Positions 29,405 to 38,479 of a stretch of DNA of 64,000 bases are shown piece by piece (the stretch's first letter is position 1; each line of letters opens with the position of its first letter). Origin of the DNA: an uncultured Clostridia bacterium (GTDB lineage: Bacteria > Bacillota > Clostridia > Oscillospirales > CAG-272). The DNA lies in the NCBI GenBank assembly GCA_944391805.1, contig CALXUY010000014.1:32222-96221 (forward strand), given 5' to 3'. The position numbers and the translations under genes are program-made. The notes under the pieces were generated by a model. It saw only the letters and a list, made by a program, of their open reading frames with translations. It was not told where the DNA came from and did no database searches.

Positions 29405-29545
29405 GGGCGGCATACAGATACGCGCCCGCCGGGGAATACCCCGCAGGCGTTTTGCTGTTTTGCGGCTGCACGCCGGATGTATTTGCGGAACAACCGGGGG
29501 CCGGAGGTTCTGCGCAATCGATCAGTGAACGAAAGGGATAGAGAT

Positions 29546-31324
29546 ATGGCATTTGATGCTGGGATGCTTGCCTGCACGCTGTCCGAGCTCCGGCAGGCCG
29601 CGCTGGGCGCCAGGGTGGAAAAGGTCTTTCAGCCCGAACGGGACGAAATCATATTGCAGATGCGCAGCTTTGAGGGGGGACGGCGGCTGCTCATCAATGC
29701 CGGCTCCAACAGCCCGCGCATCGGCTTCAGCGGGATGCAGAAGGAAAATCCCGCCGCCCCGCCCATGTTCTGTATGCTGCTGCGCAAACGTCTGCAGGGA
29801 GCCAAGCTCGTCGAGGTCCGCCAGGAGGGCTTTGAGCGGGTGGCGGTGCTGACCTTTGAGGGGCGGGACGAGATGGGCTTTGAATGCCGCTGCCATCTCA
29901 TCGCCGAGGTGATGGGGAAGTACAGCAACCTGATTTTTACCAATGCGGATCAGCGGATCGTCGCCGTGCTGCACCCGGTGGATTTCACCACCTCCAGCCG
30001 CCGGCAGGTGCTGCCGGGAATGCTCTATGAGCTGCCCCCGAAGCAGGAAAAGCAGAACCCGACCGAGCAGTCCCCCGAACGGTTTGCGGCGCTGCTGCAG
30101 GCCGCACTGGCCGGGCCTGCCGGGAGGGAGACGCTCTGCGACCGTTGGATCACCGGAACCTTTCTCGGCATTTCGGCCTGCGTGGCACGGGAGATCGCCT
30201 TCCGCGCGTCGGGCATCACGGGAGCCGTTCTGGGGCAGTGCAGCCCCGAGCGGCTGTCCGCGGCTTTTTTTGAGGTGATGGACTGCATCCGGGAGGAGCG
30301 CTACTCCCCCTGTATGGTGCTGGACGGAGAAAAGCCGGTGGAATATGCGTTCTGCACGCTGACGCATTACGGAAATCTCACAGTCAGGCCGTTCGACAGC
30401 GCCGGCGCGCTGCTGGATTGCTTTTACGGCAGCCGGGATCGGGAATACCATATCCGCCAGCGGGCATCGGATGTGCTGCATATTCTGACCTCCGCCGACG
30501 CGCGCATCCGCAAAAAGCTGGAGCTCCAGCGCCGGGAGCTGGCCGATTGTGAAAAAGGAGCCGACTACAAAAAGGCCGCGGATCTGATTACATCCAATCT
30601 GCATCTGCTCAAAAAGGGAATGACGCGCGTCGAGCTGACCGACTATGAGGATTACCGGGAGGACGGCAGCTTCGGCACACGGGTGCTGGAGCTGGACGCT
30701 CGGCTGTCGCCTGCGGCAAACGCCCAGCGTTACTACAAAAAGTACAACAAGTCCAAGAACGCCAAGGTCGAGCTGACCCGGCAGATCGCGCTGGGGGAGG
30801 CCGAGCTGCACTATCTGGATTCGGTGTTCGACGCGCTGACCCATGCCGAAACGGCAGCCGACCTGACCGAGATCCGGGATGAGCTGTACCGCTCCGGCTA
30901 TGCCTCGCGTATGAAGCAGTATACCGCTTCCCGCAAGCCGTCCAACCCCACGGTCGCGCAATTCCGCACAACCGGAGGCTTCCGGGTGCTGTGCGGAAAG
31001 AACAATCTGCAAAACGAGTATATCACCCACCGTCTGGCCGGCAAAAACGACTATTGGTTCCATGTCAAAAATCTGCCCGGCTCGCATACCGTGATGCTTT
31101 GCGAGGGGAGAGAACCGGGCGAGCGCGACTTCACCGAGGCCGCCGAAATCGCCGCGTATTTTTCCAAGGCTGCCGGCGGACAGAACGTGGAGGTGGATTA
31201 TACGCTGGTGCGGAACGTGAAAAAGCCGGCAGGGAGCAAGCCCGGGTTTGTGATTTATCATACCAACTGGTCCTGCGTGGTCACTCCGTCCGCCGGGGAG
31301 ATCGCACGGCTGCGGGAAAAGTGA
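29546..31324 (+). CDS. rqcH: Ribosome quality control factor RqcH (NFACT / FbpA family)
   Basis: ATG 29546 gives MAFDAGMLACTLSELRQAALGARVEKVFQPERDEIILQMRS...SNSPRIGF...HLIAEVMGKYSNLIF. C-terminal NFACT-R region with WFHVKNLPGSH. Confidence 0.88.
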   Translation: MAFDAGMLACTLSELRQAALGARVEKVFQPERDEIILQMRSFEGGRRLLINAGSNSPRIGFSGMQKENPAAPPMFCMLLRKRLQGAKLVEVRQEGFERVAVLTFEGRDEMGFECRCHLIAEVMGKYSNLIFTNADQRIVAVLHPVDFTTSSRRQVLPGMLYELPPKQEKQNPTEQSPERFAALLQAALAGPAGRETLCDRWITGTFLGISACVAREIAFRASGITGAVLGQCSPERLSAAFFEVMDCIREERYSPCMVLDGEKPVEYAFCTLTHYGNLTVRPFDSAGALLDCFYGSRDREYHIRQRASDVLHILTSADARIRKKLELQRRELADCEKGADYKKAADLITSNLHLLKKGMTRVELTDYEDYREDGSFGTRVLELDARLSPAANAQRYYKKYNKSKNAKVELTRQIALGEAELHYLDSVFDALTHAETAADLTEIRDELYRSGYASRMKQYTASRKPSNPTVAQFRTTGGFRVLCGKNNLQNEYITHRLAGKNDYWFHVKNLPGSHTVMLCEGREPGERDFTEAAEIAAYFSKAAGGQNVEVDYTLVRNVKKPAGSKPGFVIYHTNWSCVVTPSAGEIARLREK

Positions 31325-31486
31325 CGACCCGACCGCCCTGCCCGAAAACGAACGGTCCCAATTGTGCGGACGGTAATCCCCCAATGCCGCGCGCGGCAGC
31401 CCCTGCCGGGCACAGGGTGGCACAGGCCCCGGCACATTCTGCCTGCGCGGCACAGCCTTGCCCCAATCAAAGAAAGGAGCGAAACC

Positions 31487-32446
31487 GTGATTCAAGATGA
31501 ATTCGATTTTGACCGTTACAACTGGAGCATTGAAGACGTCAGCTTGGATCTTCTGACGCACTCCGAGAGCTTTTACCAGGGGCGCAGCGCGAATGATGAA
31601 AAGCCCCCGCATTCCCATGTATACTATGAGCTTTTGTTTTCCGCTTCGGATGGAAGCGCCGAGTTCCTGTATGAGGATCAGCGCGTGACGCTTTCCCGCA
31701 ACGCGTTTGTCATTACATCTCCGTATTATACGCACCGCGCGGTGGTCAACCGCTGTGAGGATCTGTTCAGCCTGGGCTTTCTGTACAAGCCGAATCACCA
31801 AAAGGAAGCGTCGCGGCAGGATCTGCACCGTCTGTTCTGTCAGGTTTTTGCCGGCAACAACTGCATCATCGGGCAGGGGGATGAGACGCTGGCCGGGTTG
31901 TGCCGTCAGCTCAAGCGCTATTCGGTCGTGTCCGATTCCCTGGCAGAGGGGAGCCTTGTCGCATCCTTTCTGCTGGTGCTGTTTCATGTGATGACCTTGC
32001 TCAGAGACGGGGAACGCACGGGAGAGATCATTCTGGTCAAGCAGCAGAGCGAGGCAAACCGGAGGCAGGGGTCGCGCATCCCGAGCGACATTGCAAGCAA
32101 AATCAACAACATTCTTTCGGAATCCTTTATGACCGACGTCACCCCGGAGGAGCTGTCCGGCAGGTATTATCTCAGCGCCAAGCAGATCAACCGGTATATC
32201 TGCAAGCAATACGGGCAGACCTTTATGCAGCGCAAGCATGAGCTTCGCATGTCTTACGCGCAGAAGCTGCTGCGTGAGAGCGATTGCTCCATCCGCGAAA
32301 TTTCCGAAAAGGTGGGCTTTCACTCGATCAACAGCTTCTATTCAGCCTTCAAGGCCCGCTTCGGGGTCACGCCCAATCAGTACCGCACCATGGGGGAGCC
32401 GGCCGGCGATGCGCAGCCGGCCAAGCCGGAGGAGTTGATACACTGA
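31487..32446 (+). CDS. AraC family transcriptional regulator
   Basis: GTG 31487 is 7 nt after AAAGGAG. N-terminal cupin-like domain. C-terminal HTH YAQKLLRESDCSIREISEKVGFHSINSFYSAFKARFGVTPNQYR. Confidence 0.85.
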   Translation: MIQDEFDFDRYNWSIEDVSLDLLTHSESFYQGRSANDEKPPHSHVYYELLFSASDGSAEFLYEDQRVTLSRNAFVITSPYYTHRAVVNRCEDLFSLGFLYKPNHQKEASRQDLHRLFCQVFAGNNCIIGQGDETLAGLCRQLKRYSVVSDSLAEGSLVASFLLVLFHVMTLLRDGERTGEIILVKQQSEANRRQGSRIPSDIASKINNILSESFMTDVTPEELSGRYYLSAKQINRYICKQYGQTFMQRKHELRMSYAQKLLRESDCSIREISEKVGFHSINSFYSAFKARFGVTPNQYRTMGEPAGDAQPAKPEELIH

Positions 32447-32523
32447 TGCATCGGGCGGTTCTTCATAGAGAAAAGAAACCGGCGGGCAAAGGCGAGCCCG
32501 CCCGGTTCTGACAGGAGGCAATC

Positions 32524-33675
32524 ATGATCGAATATATCAAGGCAACAACAGAGGATCTGGAGGACCTGATTGATTTTATCAACATGGTTTTCAGCCAGGA
32601 CCATCGGCCGCACGATTTCAAGGCTCTGCTGCCAAAGCTGTACGGCGACCACAAAGATACCGCGGGCTGCCATTACATTGTCAGGGAAAACGGAAAGATC
32701 CGGGCGGCGGTCGGCGTATTTCCGACCACCATGCACGTCGGAGATACCGAGCTGCGCCTGGGGCAGCTCGGGTCGGTCAGCGTTCACCCCTATGCAAGGG
32801 GAAAGGGATATATGAAGGCGCTGATGCAGGAGGCCGTCAGGGACTCCAGAGAAAAGGGAATGGATGCGTTGGTTTTGGGGGGACTCAAAAACAGGTATCA
32901 GTATTTTGGCTTTATGCCAACCGAATCGGCTGTGCGGTTTACCTTTTTGCCCGAAAATATCCGGCATCTGTTGTCCGGAACCGACAGCCGAGCGCTTTCG
33001 TTTGAACGGGTGTCTCCCGGCAGCTCCTGTCTGGCGGAGATGATGGCGCTCTATCAATCCTGCCCGGTTTATACCGACAGAGTGAGTCCGGAATATTTTT
33101 ACGATGTGCTCTGTTCCTGGAACGGTGAGGTTTATGCCGTCAGGAGGAACGGCGCTTTTGCCGGTTATCTCTCGGCCTCCAGGGATCACAGAGAAATCCA
33201 TGAATATATGCTGCGCGATCTGTCCGATTTCGCTCCTATGCTCAAGGCATGGTTTGAGAGGCAAGCCCCGTCCAGCCTGCGCACGCGGTGCGGTATGTAC
33301 GAGCGGGAAAAGTGCGAGGTGATGGGGCGGTATTGTGAGAGCTTTGAGAGCGGCATTGGACATAGCTGGAATATTTTCCATATGGAAAAGGTGCTGTTGG
33401 CATGGATGAAGATCAAGGATCGCTATGAGCCGCTGGCGCCGGGAGTGCTCACGCTGAACATCAAAAACGCGGACGGCACGGAGGAAACATGCAGGCTTTG
33501 CTGGAATTCCTCGGGTACGGAGTGTGAAAAAAGCGTCGAAATCTGCCGGCTTGATCTGATTGAGGCCGCTTTTTCGGGAGCGGTGGAATTCCGGAGCTAT
33601 GGGGAATGCGGCACGATGAAGTACCAAAATTGGTTTCCGCTCCCGTTGTTTATCGCCGCGCCCGACGCCTGCTGA
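32524..33675 (+). CDS. GNAT family N-acetyltransferase (Eis-like, with C-terminal SCP2-like domain)
   Basis: 383 aa. The acetyl-CoA motif LGSVSVHPYARGKGYMKALM lies in the N-terminal GNAT fold. Confidence 0.82.
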   Translation: MIEYIKATTEDLEDLIDFINMVFSQDHRPHDFKALLPKLYGDHKDTAGCHYIVRENGKIRAAVGVFPTTMHVGDTELRLGQLGSVSVHPYARGKGYMKALMQEAVRDSREKGMDALVLGGLKNRYQYFGFMPTESAVRFTFLPENIRHLLSGTDSRALSFERVSPGSSCLAEMMALYQSCPVYTDRVSPEYFYDVLCSWNGEVYAVRRNGAFAGYLSASRDHREIHEYMLRDLSDFAPMLKAWFERQAPSSLRTRCGMYEREKCEVMGRYCESFESGIGHSWNIFHMEKVLLAWMKIKDRYEPLAPGVLTLNIKNADGTEETCRLCWNSSGTECEKSVEICRLDLIEAAFSGAVEFRSYGECGTMKYQNWFPLPLFIAAPDAC

Positions 33676-33691
33676 GGTCATCAGATATGAT

Positions 33692-33724
33692 GCGGAGGGG
33701 CATTCCACCGGAATGCCCCTCCGC
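33692..33724. terminator. Shared hairpin between the convergent GNAT and trxA genes
   Basis: GCGGAGGGGCATTCC-ACC-GGAATGCCCCTCCGC, a 15-bp perfect stem. No strong T-run on either side. Confidence 0.5.
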
Positions 33725-33772
33725 ACAGATTTGCCTTGGCGGGAACAGTTGTTTTGCGCCGGGGCTTCGGCA

Positions 33773-34081
33773 TCAGCTTTGCAGCATGGAGAGAAGCTCC
33801 TGCTTGGAAATCACCCCGACCGAGCGCTTGACGGCCTTGCCGTTCTGAAACAGAATCAGTGTGGGAATGCTCATTACCCCATATTCGGCGGCGAGCTGAT
33901 TCTGCTCGTCCACATTCACCTTGCCAATCTTTGCGCCGGGGGCTTCGGCGGCCACTTCGTCTACAATCGGTCCCAGCTTCTGGCAGGGGCCGCACCAGCT
34001 TGCCCAGAAGTCCACCAGAACCGGCTGCCCGGACTGCAGCACCTCCTCCCGGAAATTGCCGGATGTCAGCGTGAGCACCAT
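33773..34081 (-). CDS. trxA: Thioredoxin
   Basis: WCGPC active site. ATG 34081 (7 nt after GGAGGG) is preferred over the track TTG at 34087. Confidence 0.95.
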   Translation of the reverse strand: MVLTLTSGNFREEVLQSGQPVLVDFWASWCGPCQKLGPIVDEVAAEAPGAKIGKVNVDEQNQLAAEYGVMSIPTLILFQNGKAVKRSVGVISKQELLSMLQS

Positions 34082-34133
34082 TCTCAAACCCTCCTTCGGT
34101 GTTTTTGAATAGTATGCCCGGCTCCGGCAAGGG

Positions 34134-34886
34134 TTATTCGGTTCCGCCCAGCGTAATCATCACCAGCTCTGTCTCGTTGAACAGGCGGGGAATTGAGGTG
34201 TGGTCGCCAAGCCCCCGGCTGATGACGCAAACGCCATCCACCACCCCCGAGGTGTATTTTGGCAGCAGCCCCTGCCCGGGCGCGTAAATCCCTCTGCCAA
34301 ACAGGCGCCAGTGGCCGCCGTGCGCGTGCCCGCAGACCACCAGATCCATTCCCAGTTCACGCAGGTAGGGCATAAAATACTCCGGGTGATGCGAGAGCAG
34401 AATTTTTGGCGTTCCGCCCAGCTTGCGGAAGCGCTCCAGCGTCGGCAGGTCCGGCACATTTTGCTCCTTGCAGATTCCGGAGCTCAGTCCGCAAACCGTC
34501 ATTCCGTTCAGAAAGGCAAAATCGTTGTCGAGAAAGCAGGCGCCGGTTTCCCGGACCGCGCGGCGATAGGCGTCAGGGATCGGGACAGGAGTCGGATGCC
34601 GGAACGGGTTTCCGCCATGGTAGCAGCGCACCTCATGGTTGCCGGGAGAATAAAAGGTGGGAGCCATGGCGGCGCATTCCCGCAGGAAGGCCAGCGCGGC
34701 CGCGGCGCCACGGCGGATTGTGCTGTCGTCGGTCAGATCTCCCGGCACCAGAATCAGATCGGGCTTTTCCTGCCGGAGCAGCCGCACCACCGGTTCATAG
34801 GGATTGTCGTGCAGGTCCGAGGCAAGCGCAATGCGCAGGGGGGAAGCGAGCCTTTGACACGGCACGTGATAATGTGTTGTTTTCAT
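34134..34886 (-). CDS. Calcineurin-like metallophosphoesterase
   Basis: IALASDLHD, VPGDLTD, GNHE, LSHHP and CGHAHGG motifs. Confidence 0.88.
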   Translation of the reverse strand: MKTTHYHVPCQRLASPLRIALASDLHDNPYEPVVRLLRQEKPDLILVPGDLTDDSTIRRGAAAALAFLRECAAMAPTFYSPGNHEVRCYHGGNPFRHPTPVPIPDAYRRAVRETGACFLDNDFAFLNGMTVCGLSSGICKEQNVPDLPTLERFRKLGGTPKILLSHHPEYFMPYLRELGMDLVVCGHAHGGHWRLFGRGIYAPGQGLLPKYTSGVVDGVCVISRGLGDHTSIPRLFNETELVMITLGGTE

Positions 34887-35383
34887 GCGGATTTCTGTTT
34901 CCTTTTTTGAATATACTTCACCAACATCAGTATGCCGGATACCGCGAGGCAGCCGATGAGTGCGCCGGCACAGTCGATCAGAACGTCGGTGAACCGGCCG
35001 GAGCGCCCTTCCTTTGCCAGAAACTGATGCAGCTCATCCGCCGAAGCACAGATCAGCACCGCCAGCATCGACCACAGCCCGCAGTGGAGCAGCGGCAGCT
35101 TCCATGTGCGCAGCAGCAGAAGGATGAGAATGCCCAGCATTCCGAACTCGGTCATATGTGCCAGCTTCCGCACGGGAAGCTGCAGGCTTGAAATGATGTT
35201 TTCCTGCTCTTGCTGCGGCTTGCTTTCAAAATCCTTTACAATCACCTGTGCCACCGGCCGGATGACCTTTTCGCTGGTTTTGCCGGAATCCTCAGCCGAC
35301 TGGCTGGAAAAACCGCAGATCATCCAAAGGTTGAGCAGAATCAGGATTCCGAGAATGCATCGCAATAGGGTAATTTTTTTCAT
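34883..35383 (-). CDS. VanZ family membrane protein
   Basis: 166 aa and 4 TM segments, with RKLAHMTEFGMLGILI and DELHQFL motifs. 4-nt overlap with the downstream phosphoesterase. Confidence 0.85.
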   Translation of the reverse strand: MKKITLLRCILGILILLNLWMICGFSSQSAEDSGKTSEKVIRPVAQVIVKDFESKPQQEQENIISSLQLPVRKLAHMTEFGMLGILILLLLRTWKLPLLHCGLWSMLAVLICASADELHQFLAKEGRSGRFTDVLIDCAGALIGCLAVSGILMLVKYIQKRKQKSA

Positions 35384-35472
35384 CGAGCTCTGTATCCGTC
35401 CCTTTCACCGGCCTTTGCCGGTTGTATTCCTTTGTATTATACTACATTTCGGGCCGCTTTGCAAGTACTTTT

Positions 35473-35916
35473 TTATTTGCAGAACAGGAGAAGCGCCAGC
35501 CAGAGAATCACGTCCGATTGCTGGTCGTTGTGTGAGAGCAGGAGGATCAGACCGAGCAGCAGCAGCTCGTCAAACGCCATTCCTCCCGGAAAGGCAGGGA
35601 GCCTGCCGCCGAACAGCGAGCGCAGCCCCTCTGGCAGCACGGACGGGACGAATGGCGGGTGCTCGTCTTTTTTTCGCTCCGCCTCCGGGGCAGGGCCGGA
35701 GCCTCCCGGCGGAGGGGGCACTGCTTTGTTCTCCTCTTCCGCGATGTCGTCGTCGCGCCTCTCCTCCGGCTCCGGAGAGGCCGGACTGAAGGGAACCGGA
35801 ATGGGCGGACGCTCGGAGGGAGGCATGGATGGCGGGGATGCGGAAAACGCACAGCCGCTGTAATGCTCCGGCAGTCGGATGGGACGGTCGGAGGAGCGTG
35901 GAAAGCGGGAATACAT
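35473..35916 (-). CDS. Hypothetical Pro/Glu-rich protein with a C-terminal hydrophobic anchor
   Basis: ATG 35916 (7 nt after AAGGAGG) is preferred over the track start at 35922. The sequence is MYSRFPRSSDRPIRLPEHY..PPSMPPSERPPIPVPF...DELLLLGLILLLSHNDQQSDVILWLALLLFCK. It is tightly packed behind the upstream ORF. Confidence 0.55.
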   Translation of the reverse strand: MYSRFPRSSDRPIRLPEHYSGCAFSASPPSMPPSERPPIPVPFSPASPEPEERRDDDIAEEENKAVPPPPGGSGPAPEAERKKDEHPPFVPSVLPEGLRSLFGGRLPAFPGGMAFDELLLLGLILLLSHNDQQSDVILWLALLLFCK

Positions 35917-35929
35917 AGCCATACCTCCT

Positions 35930-36571
35930 TTATTTCATTTGTCGGAGCACGCTGCCCAGCTTGGAAATGCGCATGATGGCGTCCACCGCATTCCGGCGCT
36001 CCGGCGATAAAAACGGCTTGAGCGCAAGCAGCAGATCGTTTCGGCATTCCTCGGGTGAGCGTTCATGATGATGGTGCGGAGCCGGAGGCTTTGCTTCGTT
36101 TCCCCCGAGCATCGGCCCCAGCATCGCCATCACCTGTGGCAGCTTTGCCATCAGCTCCGGGTTGGCAAGCACTGCGGAGAGGCCGTCCGCGGGGATTCCG
36201 CCCGTCCGAACGCTGTCGCTTCCGTCGCCGGACGACGGCGGAGCGCCTGCCGAAAGACCGGCCAGCAGGCTGCCAAGCGCACCGGTCAGATTACCGTCTG
36301 CGGTGCTCCCCTCCGCAGAGCCGTTCGCATCGTTTTCCGCGCCGCCTTCTGTCCCGCTGCCGGATGGGGTCCCGGATGCAGCCGTTGCTCCGGCCATGTC
36401 CGTTGCTCCGGCCGTGCCCATCGCTCCGGCCGTGCCGGCGGAGGACGCGGTATTTCCGAACACTGCCTGAATCTGACGCAGCATTTCGGGATTGGAAAGC
36501 AGGGCAGACAGCATTCCGGAAAGCGGAGAAGCCGCACCGGCTTGGCTCGCCGGCGTTTTTTCGGGTTCCAT
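35930..36571 (-). CDS. Hypothetical low-complexity (Ala/Gly/Ser/Thr-rich) protein with a duplicated LSxLLxNPEL motif
   Basis: 213 aa with SD AAGGAG 9 nt upstream. It contains LSALLSNPEML and LSAVLANPELM motifs, an HHHH run, and the C-terminus LLLALKPFLSPERRNAVDAIMRISKLGSVLRQMK. Confidence 0.6.
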   Translation of the reverse strand: MEPEKTPASQAGAASPLSGMLSALLSNPEMLRQIQAVFGNTASSAGTAGAMGTAGATDMAGATAASGTPSGSGTEGGAENDANGSAEGSTADGNLTGALGSLLAGLSAGAPPSSGDGSDSVRTGGIPADGLSAVLANPELMAKLPQVMAMLGPMLGGNEAKPPAPHHHHERSPEECRNDLLLALKPFLSPERRNAVDAIMRISKLGSVLRQMK

Positions 36572-36620
36572 GGTTCAAATTCTCCTTTCTCTCTCCGGTG
36601 TGCTTGGAGAGGGGATGCAG

Positions 36621-36851
36621 TTATTTTTTGCGGCGGTTCTGGCGGTAATCCTCATATACGCGGTTCAGCTTTTCCAGATCGGCATCGGTTGCGTTTCCCA
36701 GCGCCTGCCGGATGCTGGCAATGTTCTGCGGCTGGAGTCCCAGCTCAGCCGGATCAATTCCCGCCTCCGAGGCGATCTGCCCAATCAGGGCGCCCAATTG
36801 CTCATCATTCATGGCGAGCAGGCGGTTCAGCATTTTCTGATCAAGTTGCAT
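36621..36851 (-). CDS. Small hypothetical helical protein (76 aa)
   Basis: ATG 36851 (9 nt after AAGGAG) is preferred over the track TTG at 36857. MQLDQKMLNRLLAMNDEQLGALIGQIASEAGIDPAELG... It is first in a three-gene minus-strand cluster. Confidence 0.6.
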   Translation of the reverse strand: MQLDQKMLNRLLAMNDEQLGALIGQIASEAGIDPAELGLQPQNIASIRQALGNATDADLEKLNRVYEDYRQNRRKK

Positions 36852-36943
36852 TTTCAAACACTCCTTTCGGGTTCTTTCAGGAGCAGTATATGGCAGCGGG
36901 AGGGAAAGGGTTATGGGAATTTTTCAAAATTTCCGTCACCCGG

Positions 36944-36972
36944 TAGACAAAAGCCCGAAAAAGTAGTATAAT
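36944..36972 (+). promoter_or_regulatory. Probable promoter of the YfcE-type phosphodiesterase gene
   Basis: TAGACA, 17 bp, TATAAT, about 165 nt upstream of ATG 37137. Confidence 0.45.
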
Positions 36973-37136
36973 TAATATATCGATATGTGCGCTGTCCTGT
37001 GTTCTGCCGGCGGCAGGCGCGGTTTTCTCCCTCCGGGGCTTCTCTTTGCCCTGCGGCGGCTTTCGGGGCGTTATACGGGGGCCGGGCGCCTGCACGGATA
37101 CTCGCAGGCAGACAAAGGAAGCAAAAGGAACGGTTT

Positions 37137-37652
37137 ATGGAAATTCTCATTTTTTCGGACTCTCACGGAAGAACCGAAGGCATGCGCGCGGTGCTGTCCC
37201 GTCAGGTCAGTCCGCCCTCGGCTGTGATGCATCTGGGGGACGGCGTTCGGGACACGGGCGCGCTTGCGCTGGGCGAGATTCCGTTGTATATGGTTCGCGG
37301 CAATTGCGACGGCTTTTTGTACGGCGTGGAGGGACCGGTGCCGGAGGAATGCCTGACCTCCATTGGCGGGCATCTGTTTTTTCTGACGCATGGAGCGCGC
37401 TATGGCGTGAAGGGCGGATTGGGCGGGCTGCTGCGCGCAGCTCTGCAAAAGGGGGCGGACATCGTGCTGTTCGGGCACACCCATCGCCCGTATCTGGAGA
37501 TCCTGCCCGCGGGCACCGAGGCAGAAGGGCAAACCCTGACCCGCCCGGTGTATCTGTTCAATCCCGGCAGCATCGGGCAGGGAGGGGAGCGAACCTTTGG
37601 CATGCTGACGCTGAAGGATGGCGCGGTGCTGTTTTCGCACGGCGTGCTTTGA
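37137..37652 (+). CDS. YfcE/MJ0936-family metallophosphoesterase
   Basis: ATG 37137 gives MEILIFSDSHGR...HLGDG...RGNCD...LTHG...GHTHRP. The track ORF from 36987 is over-extended. Confidence 0.88.
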   Translation: MEILIFSDSHGRTEGMRAVLSRQVSPPSAVMHLGDGVRDTGALALGEIPLYMVRGNCDGFLYGVEGPVPEECLTSIGGHLFFLTHGARYGVKGGLGGLLRAALQKGADIVLFGHTHRPYLEILPAGTEAEGQTLTRPVYLFNPGSIGQGGERTFGMLTLKDGAVLFSHGVL

Positions 37653-37804
37653 GACGACACCGCGCAATTCACGGCGGCTTTCTTGTCAATAGGTCCACGA
37701 TTGCCTGCTGTCAAAAAATTCTTTCAGAATTGGTTTGCCCCACGAAAAATCTGCGTGCAGAGAGCCGCAAGAGGCGCACAGTCAGAATTGTGCGGTGTTG
37801 CCTT

Positions 37805-37836
37805 AAAAAAGGCATGGAGCCATCATGGTCCATGCC
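37805..37836 (-). terminator. Rho-independent terminator downstream of spoVG
   Basis: The minus strand reads GGCATGGA-CCATGATGGC-TCCATGCC followed by TTTTTT. Confidence 0.7.
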
Positions 37837-37958
37837 TGTCTGCTGTTTCCCGCCCCGAAAAGCTGCGGCGGGAGATTCCTGCGAATCTCCCGCCGTGTGT
37901 GCGGAGGTTTGCTGTCTGCCCCGCTGATGTGCGCGGCAGGGCAACGCTCCGCTTGCGG

Positions 37959-38270
37959 TTATACCGTTGTGGGCGCGTGAACGGTTTCGGCCTCGGCGCG
38001 CTCAGCCGCTTCCTGTGCCAATGCCGCCTCGTAAGCCTCGATCACCGCGGATTCCAGCATCCCTCTGAACTGTGCGTTGATGGGATGTACGATATCCCGA
38101 TAGGTGTCGTCCGGATTTTTGCGGCTGGGCATCACAATGAAGAACTTGTCCCGGGCGTTGATGATTTTGATGTCGTGGACAGCAAGCTGACCATCAAAGG
38201 TTACCGAAACAATTGCTTTCATCGGGCCTTCGCTAAACAGTTTTCTCACTTTAATATCGGTAATTTGCAT
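37959..38270 (-). CDS. spoVG: Septation protein SpoVG
   Basis: ATG 38270 after GGAGGT gives MQITDIKVRKLFSEGPMKAIVSVTFDGQLAVHDIKIINARDKFFIVMPSRK. The track ORF start at 38438 is over-extended. Confidence 0.95.
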   Translation of the reverse strand: MQITDIKVRKLFSEGPMKAIVSVTFDGQLAVHDIKIINARDKFFIVMPSRKNPDDTYRDIVHPINAQFRGMLESAVIEAYEAALAQEAAERAEAETVHAPTTV

Positions 38271-38414
38271 GATGTGATACCTCCATATCGTATTCGTCTT
38301 GGTTGGCTGGTTATGTATATAGTATAAAGGTCTTTTGTGATAATTATTCAATGGAACTTGGATTTTTTGGTGAATTTCTCGATTGTTTTTTGACATCTGT
38401 GTTGTGCTTTTTCG

Positions 38415-38443
38415 TTGCAATCGGTCATTTTTCCGCATAAAAT
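38415..38443 (+). promoter_or_regulatory. Probable murC promoter
   Basis: TTGCAA, 17 bp, TAAAAT, about 37 nt upstream of ATG 38480. Confidence 0.45.
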
Positions 38444-38479
38444 GGGAATGATTTCATCAAAAAACGGGAGGAATGCAAA

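Noticed and set aside
36943-36953. An 11-mer GTAGACAAAAG identical to the right-end inverted repeat of the hairpin-rich repeat family, possibly a solo terminus.
   Set aside because: Only 11 nt match, with no adjacent module similarity. The string also doubles as the -35 region (TAGACA) of the predicted yfcE-type gene promoter. This is insufficient evidence.
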